A DNA stretch of 54,035 nt from Alphaproteobacteria bacterium (GTDB taxonomy: Bacteria > Pseudomonadota > Alphaproteobacteria > UBA7985): positions 1 through 54,035 of the forward strand of contig CAXQZM010000094.1 of the NCBI GenBank assembly GCA_964228455.1, read 5' to 3'. Every line of letters begins with the position of its first letter. The stretch's first letter is position 1. Both the position numbers and the translations under genes were made by a program. Below, piece by piece: positions 46,769 to 54,035 of the stretch. The notes beneath the pieces were generated by a model. That model was given only the letters and a program-made list of their open reading frames with translations, ran no database searches and was not told the DNA's origin.

Positions 46769-47434
46769 TCAGCTCCTTAGCTTGGCAATAGCACTAGCAT
46801 ATTTATCCGCCCCCTGACGTATGATGGCAGAACCAGCTACCAAAACATTTGCTCCGGCTGCTTTGCACGCTGGAGCGGACTTCTCATCTACGCCGCCATC
46901 GACCTCAATCTCAAAATCTATTCCCGCATCTGACCTCCATTGAGCGAGTGTTTTCACTTTTTCTAAGCATGAGCTTATAAATGCTTGGCCACCAAACCCT
47001 GGATTAACTGTCATTATCAATCCCAGGTCAAACTCTCCCAATAACGGCCGCATGATATCAACAGGGCTACTTGGGTTTATTGCTAATCCCGCTTTGCAAC
47101 CCATTTCCCGGATTATTCTAAGGGTTAAATGGATATCAGTTTCGGCTTCTGCATGCACAGTTATTATTTGTGAGCCAGCCTCGACAAAAGCTTCAATATA
47201 CTTTTGTGCCGGCGAGATCATTAAATGCGTATCAAAGGGTTTTGCTGTTCGGTCTCTAATTGATTTAATAAATTGGGGTCCGAAGCTAATATTTGGGACG
47301 AAGTGACCGTCCATTACGTCCAAGTGCATGTAGTCAGCGCCGGCTTTTGCAAGATCTTCAACCTCTTGGCCAACACGGGACCAATCAGACGCAAGAATAG
47401 ATGGTGCAATTCGGATAGGATATTTGCTCATCAT
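46769..47434 (-). CDS. rpe: Ribulose-phosphate 3-epimerase
   Basis: An ATG at 47434 or 47431 gives M(M)SKYPIRIAPSILASDWSRVGQEV. It contains HLDVMDGHFVPN, MTVNPGFGGQ and VDGG. The track ORF extends to 47512. Confidence 0.93.
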   Translation of the reverse strand: MMSKYPIRIAPSILASDWSRVGQEVEDLAKAGADYMHLDVMDGHFVPNISFGPQFIKSIRDRTAKPFDTHLMISPAQKYIEAFVEAGSQIITVHAEAETDIHLTLRIIREMGCKAGLAINPSSPVDIMRPLLGEFDLGLIMTVNPGFGGQAFISSCLEKVKTLAQWRSDAGIDFEIEVDGGVDEKSAPACKAAGANVLVAGSAIIRQGADKYASAIAKLRS

Positions 47435-47569
47435 TAGTGCATAGCCTGATGACGTTGCGACAAACAACGGGGGATGAGTCGAAAAGTGAGTAAATCTAAT
47501 TGGCACTATCATTTAAAAGCGATAGAGCCTGATTAATTGAATTAATTTATAGCTCACGGACGGTAATCG

Positions 47570-48490
47570 TTGTTTCTCGATCCCCGAAATCAAAATATCA
47601 GCGCTAAGCAAGGCAGGAATTTATCCGGTTCCCTAAAGGAAAAAGATAGTTTTTCTAGTTTGCCATTGTCTGTAACTTTGCGCAAAACTCGCTCTGTTCT
47701 TCTGTCCAATGGCAAAACACTTCTGGGTTTCAGCTTGCTGTTTTCACTGTTGCATGCTCTCGTAAATTTAGCTTTTTTAAGCACTCAAAACCTAGCTTCT
47801 GCAACCGTGGAGGGTTTTTGGCTTTATTTGATTCAACTCGAGCTTTTTTCTGCAATCAAGCTTGTTTTTGGAGATTTTTTTGTAATTGGGTATTTTACGC
47901 TCGCAATTTATCGGTTTATGCTCGTTGGAGAGACGCCATGGGCAATCAAAGGCAACCCCGGATTAGCACTTTTTTTTAGAGCTAACTTGCGTGTATGTTT
48001 ACTGGCAAGTTTAGCTTTCTTGCCTTATTGTGTCTTTGTTATCTTCGAAATTTCTTGGGCTGCTGGTGGAGATTTTGCGCAAAATTTTTTGCCTTTATGG
48101 ATGACTCTTACAAGTCATTTTTCATATTTCCTAAAATTTTTGAGTGCTATTGGGTTTTATCTTATTTTATCGCGTCTCATTTTTGTTCTTCCTGCAACTG
48201 CTGTTGGCAATGACTATCTTGTTTCAGATTCTTGGCGAGTGACCAGTGGCGTTTGGATAAAAATGATTTTTCTTCAAGTCACTACTCTTGGTTCCGCATT
48301 AGGTGTCATTGCTTCACTACAAGCGCTCTGGTACTTCTTTGAGGCGAAAAGCATTTGGTTAGGTATAATTTCTAGCATTATTTGGGTTTTTGGATTTGCG
48401 GCATTTACAGTAGCAATTTCTATCGCTTTTTGCCTTAGAACGGGCTGGCGTCCCGGCACCGAGAAAGTGGCCGTTAAGTCGCGGTCCTAA
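47570..48490 (+). CDS. Uncharacterised polytopic membrane protein (about 7-8 TM)
   Basis: 306-codon ORF, T-rich and hydrophobic throughout. There is no in-frame ATG for over 100 codons, so the true start (TTG at 47570 or a later alternative codon) is uncertain. The motif SRLIFVLPATAVGNDYLVSDSWRVTSG resembles the conserved loop of YciC/DUF975-type membrane proteins; this is a weak pattern match. Confidence 0.6.
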   Translation: MFLDPRNQNISAKQGRNLSGSLKEKDSFSSLPLSVTLRKTRSVLLSNGKTLLGFSLLFSLLHALVNLAFLSTQNLASATVEGFWLYLIQLELFSAIKLVFGDFFVIGYFTLAIYRFMLVGETPWAIKGNPGLALFFRANLRVCLLASLAFLPYCVFVIFEISWAAGGDFAQNFLPLWMTLTSHFSYFLKFLSAIGFYLILSRLIFVLPATAVGNDYLVSDSWRVTSGVWIKMIFLQVTTLGSALGVIASLQALWYFFEAKSIWLGIISSIIWVFGFAAFTVAISIAFCLRTGWRPGTEKVAVKSRS

Positions 48491-48515
48491 ACGGAACTTA
48501 TTCTGGTATAGCCCT

Positions 48516-49331
48516 GTGAGAATGATTTTATCGCATCGCGCCAAATTTGCTTATTGCCTGGTCACGTTTTGCTTATTTGCTATTTTGATCCCTGTAATTT
48601 TCATAGTCGATATTGAGAATCCAAGGCAGGGCGCCATGCTTCCTTTTTATCTCTCGATGCTCATCACTCTTCTCTTGTCCTATTTATTTATGGCAGCTGG
48701 CAGATTGTATGAACTCGGCTCAAGTGGAGGTGGAGCCGGGATCTCAGGGTTCCTTCAGTCATGGGGATTTCCAATACTTCATCGTCATGGATGGGGTGAT
48801 TTTGGTCGTTTGTACGCCCTCTTTTTCCTTACTTTCATGGCTCCCCTCATTCCCACAGGGTTCGCTGTTTTGATTGGCTCGAATTTGATAGGTTTTGAAG
48901 CAACAGTTGCTATTTCCAATAATGGCGCCGGTCTAAGTGAGAGTGAGGCTATGAGTAAAATAGCTTCTGGCCAAATACCTCTTTTCGGTCAGGATTTGGC
49001 ACGAGAGGCACAAATTGCACTTGTTCGGGATTGGACCTATCGTGCATGTTTGCTTTTAGTTTTTCCTTGTCTGGTAAGACTTATCCCCTACTTTTTTTGG
49101 CGTAGTGGAGGCTGTGAAGCCCCAAGTCTAGCCGCGACATGGAGGCATGTATCTTGGAGGCTTTCGAGTTTATTTGGATTAGCTTTACTAGCAGCATTGA
49201 TTATTCCTATCGCACTGCCAGGTTTGCTGATTTTTAGACTAGCTCTGTTTTCAATATTTATTTCAGTATGGGCCATGCTCTACGCAAGTGCAATTAAAAA
49301 TTATGGAGCCCCTAGTCGTGACCCAAGTTAA
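48516..49331 (+). CDS. Uncharacterised polytopic membrane protein (about 5-6 TM)
   Basis: 271-codon ORF with a GTG at 48516 and an ATG at 48522. It follows the previous membrane ORF after 25 nt, and its 3' end overlaps the trpF start. I recognise no family. Confidence 0.6.
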   Translation: MRMILSHRAKFAYCLVTFCLFAILIPVIFIVDIENPRQGAMLPFYLSMLITLLLSYLFMAAGRLYELGSSGGGAGISGFLQSWGFPILHRHGWGDFGRLYALFFLTFMAPLIPTGFAVLIGSNLIGFEATVAISNNGAGLSESEAMSKIASGQIPLFGQDLAREAQIALVRDWTYRACLLLVFPCLVRLIPYFFWRSGGCEAPSLAATWRHVSWRLSSLFGLALLAALIIPIALPGLLIFRLALFSIFISVWAMLYASAIKNYGAPSRDPS

Positions 49332-49935
49332 GATTTGCGGCGTTACCTCTGCCATAATTGCTGATGCATGTATTGAGTCCGGCGCTGACTATGTTGGGTT
49401 CGTATTCGTTGAAAGGTCACCGCGTTTTATTTCAATTGAAGATGCAGTACCTTTGATAGAAAAGGTCAAGCACGCAGGGATTAAGGCTGTTGGACTGTGG
49501 CAGGGTGACGGATCATTGCCACTCTCAGATGTGACTCAATCTGGTATAGATATTCTCCAGGCTCATGGCACTTCTGTGACAAACATAGGTCTGCCGACAT
49601 GGTATGCATTTGGTGTTGATAAAAGGACTGATTTACCTTCAGACAAAATGCCATATGAGCGCCTCTTGCTAGATGCAAAGCCACCCAGGGGAAGTTTAAA
49701 TGAAGGAGGGCATGGTATATCTTTTGACTGGTCCATTTTACGTGGCTGGGAGGCGCAAAATGTCTGGATGTTGGCGGGAGGTTTGAACCCTGAGAATGTA
49801 GCAGATGCAATAAAGCTCAGTGGTGCTTGTGCTGTTGATGTTTCATCAGGCGTAGAGCGTGCTAAAGGACAAAAAGATCCAAAATTGATTAGGGCCTTTA
49901 TTCAAAACGTTAAGCAAGCTAGCGAGAAAATATGA
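49303..49935 (+). CDS. trpF: N-(5'-phosphoribosyl)anthranilate isomerase
   Basis: It has VKICGVTS near the N-terminus and contains LLDAKPP and AGGLNPENV. Start candidates are the ATG at 49303 and a GTG at 49318; the track lists a GTG at 49288. It overlaps trpB by 4 nt. Confidence 0.9.
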   Translation: MEPLVVTQVKICGVTSAIIADACIESGADYVGFVFVERSPRFISIEDAVPLIEKVKHAGIKAVGLWQGDGSLPLSDVTQSGIDILQAHGTSVTNIGLPTWYAFGVDKRTDLPSDKMPYERLLLDAKPPRGSLNEGGHGISFDWSILRGWEAQNVWMLAGGLNPENVADAIKLSGACAVDVSSGVERAKGQKDPKLIRAFIQNVKQASEKI

Positions 49936-51149
49936 ACGAAATTGCGAACTCACTTCGAACTGGTCCAAATGAACGGGGTCTTTTTGGTATTTATGGTGGC
50001 CGCTTTGTGGCCGAAACATTGATGCCTAATATCTTGGCACTAGAAGAGGCTTACAACAAGTTTAAGGATGACCCCAAATTTCTCTCTGAGTTTGACGACT
50101 TAGCAAAAAACTATGTCGGGAGGCCAAGTCCTCTTTATTTTGCTGAGCGAACAACAAATGAGCTCGGCGGGGCTAAAATTTATTTTAAGCGTGATGAGCT
50201 TAATCATACTGGTGCCCACAAAATCAATAACTGCCTTGGTCAAATTCTCCTCGCGAAGCGAATGGGTAAAACCCGAATCATAGCAGAAACTGGAGCAGGT
50301 CAGCACGGAGTTGCTACAGCCACTGTTTGCGCGTTGTTTGGGCTCCCTTGTGTTGTGTATATGGGCGCTGAGGACATTGAACGTCAGAAGCCAAATGTTT
50401 TTCGAATGAAGTTGTTGGGGGCTGAAATTATCCCTGTCACGTCGGGTAGAGGAACGCTTAAGGACGCGATGAACGAAGCTCTCCGAGACTGGGTCACAAA
50501 TGTTGAGAATACTTTTTACATTATTGGAACAGCAGCGGGGCCTCATCCCTACCCCATGCTGGTTCGTGATTTCCAATCTATAATTGGCAGGGAACTGCGC
50601 TGGCAGATGGACGAGGCTGAGGGGAGGCTGCCGGATACTTTGGTTGCATGCCTTGGTGGTGGCTCCAATGCTATTGGGCTGTTTCATCCATTTCTAGATG
50701 ATGCTTCGGTCAACATTATTGGTGTTGAAGCGGCCGGTCTTGGCTTGCATGGTGAAGATCATTGCGCAAGTTTGAATGCGGGAAAGCCTGGAGTTCTGCA
50801 CGGCAATAGAACGTACTTACTCCAGACTGATGATGGCCAGATAAATGAAGGTTACTCAATTAGCGCTGGACTAGATTATCCTGGCATTGGGCCTGAGCAT
50901 GCGTGGCTGAGAGACACAGGACGGGTTAAGTATGTCGCTGAGGGTGATGAATCAGCTTTAGAGGCGTTTCAGTTCTGCTGTAGAATGGAAGGTATTATTC
51001 CCGCATTAGAGCCAAGCCATGCACTTGCTCACGTGCGGAAAATTGCACCAAGCCTCCCTAAAGATCATATCCTCGTTATGAATTTATGTGGCCGGGGAGA
51101 TAAAGATGTCTTTAACGTAGCTGACAAGCTTGGCTTCCACATGGAGTGA
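49932..51149 (+). CDS. trpB: Tryptophan synthase beta chain
   Basis: 405 aa. It contains [14 protein letters not shown] (the PLP lysine), [10 protein letters not shown] and GGGSNAIG. Confidence 0.97.
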   Translation: MNEIANSLRTGPNERGLFGIYGGRFVAETLMPNILALEEAYNKFKDDPKFLSEFDDLAKNYVGRPSPLYFAERTTNELGGAKIYFKRDELNHTGAHKINNCLGQILLAKRMGKTRIIAETGAGQHGVATATVCALFGLPCVVYMGAEDIERQKPNVFRMKLLGAEIIPVTSGRGTLKDAMNEALRDWVTNVENTFYIIGTAAGPHPYPMLVRDFQSIIGRELRWQMDEAEGRLPDTLVACLGGGSNAIGLFHPFLDDASVNIIGVEAAGLGLHGEDHCASLNAGKPGVLHGNRTYLLQTDDGQINEGYSISAGLDYPGIGPEHAWLRDTGRVKYVAEGDESALEAFQFCCRMEGIIPALEPSHALAHVRKIAPSLPKDHILVMNLCGRGDKDVFNVADKLGFHME

Positions 51150-51967
51150 ATAGCAGAATAATGACTACTCGTATTGAAAAATGTTTCGCAAATTTAAGAG
51201 CGAAAAAGAAGCCTGGCCTTGTAACTTATATTATGGCGGGAGATCCTGATTACGAAACAGGACTGCAAATCCTTCGAGGCCTCCCTGCTGCCGGTGCCGA
51301 TATAATTGAATTAGGCCTTCCATTTACCGATCCAATGGCTGATGGTCCTGCAATCCAGCTTGCTGCGAGCCGTTCATTGAATGCTGGGACTACTACCAAA
51401 GCCGTGCTTGAACTGGTTTCAGAGTTTCGTGAGCGGGATACCACTACACCAATTGTTTTGATGGGATATTATAACCCAATTTATCAATACGGAGTTGATG
51501 AGTTCCTGACAGATGCCTTGGCCGCTGGTGTGGATGGCCTGATTGTTGTAGATCTGCCTCCTGAAGAAGATGAAGAGCTATGTATTCCAGCGATGGAAGT
51601 AGGCCTGAATTTTATAAGGCTCGCAACACCTACGACTGATGCAATTAGACTGCCTACGGTCTTAAATAATACTAGTGGTTTTGTGTATTATGTCTCGATT
51701 ACGGGGATCACAGGAACAGCTTCTGCCCAGTCGGCGGATATTGGTATAGCGGTTGGTCGACTGCGAGAACATACTGATTTGCCAGTTGCGGTAGGATTTG
51801 GTGTAAAGAGCGCAAAGCAAGTTCAAGACATAAACCAAAACGCTGACGCTGCAGTGGTTGGCTCATCAATTGTGCAGGCCATGGCGGACACCTTAGATAC
51901 CGATGATTCTGCCAGTCCAACTACGGTAAGTGCGACCCTTAATTTTGTGAAATCCTTGAAGCCTTAA
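51146..51967 (+). CDS. trpA: Tryptophan synthase alpha chain
   Basis: 273 aa. It contains [22 protein letters not shown] and GFGV. It overlaps trpB by 4 nt. Confidence 0.95.
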   Translation: MNSRIMTTRIEKCFANLRAKKKPGLVTYIMAGDPDYETGLQILRGLPAAGADIIELGLPFTDPMADGPAIQLAASRSLNAGTTTKAVLELVSEFRERDTTTPIVLMGYYNPIYQYGVDEFLTDALAAGVDGLIVVDLPPEEDEELCIPAMEVGLNFIRLATPTTDAIRLPTVLNNTSGFVYYVSITGITGTASAQSADIGIAVGRLREHTDLPVAVGFGVKSAKQVQDINQNADAAVVGSSIVQAMADTLDTDDSASPTTVSATLNFVKSLKP

Positions 51968-52061
51968 GGCCAACGGTTTTAACCTCCTATCTTAGATACA
52001 CCTGAACCAACAAAAAATGGTCAATCATTTAAAAATACTGATCATCATAGATGAGTAACAA

Positions 52062-54035
52062 CTACTCGGTATCTAGTTTTCTAGAATTGAATGAAACTGT
52101 GAAGCACTCGATTTGATCACCAACCTTTAGGTCTTCATAATTTTCAAACGCCATACCACATTCGTAGCCATTGCGAACTTCAGCAACCTCATCTTTATAA
52201 CGCTTAAGTGTCTTAAGGGTGCCTTCATGTATGACAATGTTATCGCGGAGAAGCCTAACGCCGCAGTTACGTTTTACGATACCGTCAGTAATTTTGCAGC
52301 CTGCTATATTGCCGACCTTCGTTATGTTGAATACTTCCAGTATTTCTGCGTAACCAATAAAGTCTTCTACTCGTTCAGGTTCCAGCATTCCACTTAAGAC
52401 GTCTCTCATCTCATCAATAAGAGCATAGATTATTGAGTGGTAACGAATATCAATATTTTCTCTTTTCGCGGCATCTCTAGCTTGTGGGTTCGCCCTGACG
52501 TTAAATCCCAAGATAAGTGCTTTTGAGGCTTTTGCCAAAACAACATCAGACTCAGTGATTGCGCCAACGCCAGAGTGGAGAATACGGATTTTGACTTCTT
52601 CATTCCCAAGCTTCTCAAGTGCAGTAGAAATAGCTTCAACCGATCCATGAACATCAGATTTGAGAATTACCGCTAGCTCAGATGCCTTATCTGCCGATAT
52701 GTTAGAAAATATATCTTCAAGTGAACGCCCGGAATTCTTTGCGGCTTTAGCTTCCTTTTCCTTGGTTAATTGAAACTCGACGATTTCACGGGCGCGAGAC
52801 TCAGTATCAACCACTACAAATGGCTCACCAGAAGCGGGAGCCTCTGAAAGCCCAAGTATTTCAACTGGTTGTGCTGGCGTTGCCTCTTTTAACTGTTGGT
52901 TTCGATCATCGAATAGTGCGCGTACTTTACCCCAAGCTTTCCCAGCAACTAGAATTTCACCTTTTGTTAAGGTACCGCGCTCAATAAGCAGCGTGGAGAC
53001 GACACCGCGGCCAGTTTCTAGTCTAGATTCTACCACGTTGCCTTTTGCGACTCCTGACGGATCTGCCTTCAATTCTAGCAATTCAGCCTGAATATTGATC
53101 GCTTCTTCCAATGTGTTCATATTCTGCCCTGTTTTAGCAGATACGTGCACTGCTTGGACCTCTCCTCCCATGTTCTCGGTCTGGATGTTTTCTTGTAACA
53201 GGTCCATTTCGACTTTGTCAGGGTTTGCTCCCGCGGTATCACACTTGTTGATGGCGATAATAATTGGTGCGCCTGAGGCTTTAGCATGATTTATTGCTTC
53301 TTTAGTTTGTGGCATTATCCCATCGTCAGCGGCAACAACAATAATAACTAAATCGGTAACATTTGCTCCCCGCGCGCGCATTTCTGTAAACGCCGCGTGC
53401 CCTGGTGTGTCTAGAAATGAAATCTTATTACCAGAGGGCATTGTTATTTGATATGCACCAATATGTTGAGTGATCCCGCCAGCTTCACTGGAAACTACAT
53501 CAGATTTCCGGAAATGATCAAGAATCGAAGTTTTACCGTGATCCACGTGACCCATTATGGTTACTATTGGGGGCCTTGAGGCTAGATTTTTCTCATCTTC
53601 TTTGACGTCAAAGAGTCCCTCGACCACGTCAGCTTCTGACACTCGATCAAACTTGTGTCCAAACTCATCAACAACGAGTTCGGCAGTATCCGCGTCAATA
53701 GACTGCGCCGCGGTAACCATCATACCCATTTTCATAAGAGATTTAATAACATCCGCTTGCCGTTCAGCCATGCGGTTAGCTAATTCTGCTACAGTAATTG
53801 TTTCTGGGATTATAACTTCGCGGACAATTTTCTGACCTGCTTCTAAAGCCTCTCGTGACTTTGCCTTCTCTTTCTCACGCCGCCGCTTAACTGAGGCGAT
53901 AGATCGTTGTCTTTCTTCATCACCTGCTAGCGCTTCAGCAATAGTGAGCCTGCCTTTACGACGCTGCTCATTTCCTTTTTTAGGTTGCTGTCTTGCAGGT
54001 TGAGCCGGCTCAGGTTTCTTGGACTTTATACGACC
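52062..54035 (-). CDS. infB: Translation initiation factor IF-2 (C-terminal ~657 codons; N-terminus beyond the right window edge)
   Basis: The track ORF starts at an internal Met (53771), but the frame stays open to 54035 (...[41 protein letters not shown]...). G-domain motifs are present: [20 protein letters not shown] and NKCD. The C-terminal domains end in VGDQIECF. Confidence 0.95.
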   Translation of the reverse strand, partial: GRIKSKKPEPAQPARQQPKKGNEQRRKGRLTIAEALAGDEERQRSIASVKRRREKEKAKSREALEAGQKIVREVIIPETITVAELANRMAERQADVIKSLMKMGMMVTAAQSIDADTAELVVDEFGHKFDRVSEADVVEGLFDVKEDEKNLASRPPIVTIMGHVDHGKTSILDHFRKSDVVSSEAGGITQHIGAYQITMPSGNKISFLDTPGHAAFTEMRARGANVTDLVIIVVAADDGIMPQTKEAINHAKASGAPIIIAINKCDTAGANPDKVEMDLLQENIQTENMGGEVQAVHVSAKTGQNMNTLEEAINIQAELLELKADPSGVAKGNVVESRLETGRGVVSTLLIERGTLTKGEILVAGKAWGKVRALFDDRNQQLKEATPAQPVEILGLSEAPASGEPFVVVDTESRAREIVEFQLTKEKEAKAAKNSGRSLEDIFSNISADKASELAVILKSDVHGSVEAISTALEKLGNEEVKIRILHSGVGAITESDVVLAKASKALILGFNVRANPQARDAAKRENIDIRYHSIIYALIDEMRDVLSGMLEPERVEDFIGYAEILEVFNITKVGNIAGCKITDGIVKRNCGVRLLRDNIVIHEGTLKTLKRYKDEVAEVRNGYECGMAFENYEDLKVGDQIECFTVSFNSRKLDTE

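Noticed and set aside
47570-49331. Low GC (about 30-38% in sampled 60-nt lines) as evidence that the two unknown membrane genes were horizontally acquired.
   Set aside because: Other membrane-protein genes in the window (trkH, eamA-like) show similarly low, T-rich composition in sampled lines. The dip is therefore explained by hydrophobic codon usage. I cannot compute proper statistics here.
1-54035. Search for mobile elements, CRISPR arrays, prophage, defence or toxin-antitoxin modules across the whole window.
   Set aside because: Every ORF longer than about 100 codons that is not an antisense shadow could be assigned to a housekeeping family or to a plain membrane protein. I saw no transposase, integrase or Cas-like translations, no regularly spaced direct repeats, and no long terminal inverted repeats. 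The claim is limited by reading by eye.

Overview
This 54-kb window is very gene-dense (by eye over 90% coding) and reads as core housekeeping chromosome of an alphaproteobacterium-like organism. That placement is an inference from gene order: ctc-pth-ychF, hisBH-x-AFE, petABC, TIGR02300 gene divergent from aroA, heparinase II/III-like gene plus purH, trpFBA, accD-folC. GC is moderate, about 45% by eye. I recognise 55 protein-coding genes. Two run off the window edges: tkt on the left, which is absent from the ORF track, and infB on the right, which the track truncates. I found no rRNA, tRNA, CRISPR array, transposase, integrase or phage gene. Neighbouring genes often overlap by 1-29 nt, including several ATGA start/stop overlaps, so the architecture is compact. 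I could not find a convincing novel multi-gene system and will not claim one. The leads worth a second look, best first: (1) an orphan intrinsic terminator preceded by a CUCCUCCCUCCUU tract in the lysR-purH spacer, a candidate anti-Shine-Dalgarno sRNA; (2) a cytochrome c1 about 170 residues longer than usual because of two internal insertions, together with an enlarged inter-box loop in the adjacent Rieske protein; (3) two tandem uncharacterised polytopic membrane proteins wedged between rpe and trpF; (4) a structured 255-nt spacer between convergent ppk and ppx; (5) several synteny oddities: pheT without pheS, msrP without msrQ, trpFBA split from accD-folC, and a GNAT gene inside the his operon. 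All family calls come from reading motifs in the translations, not from database searches.
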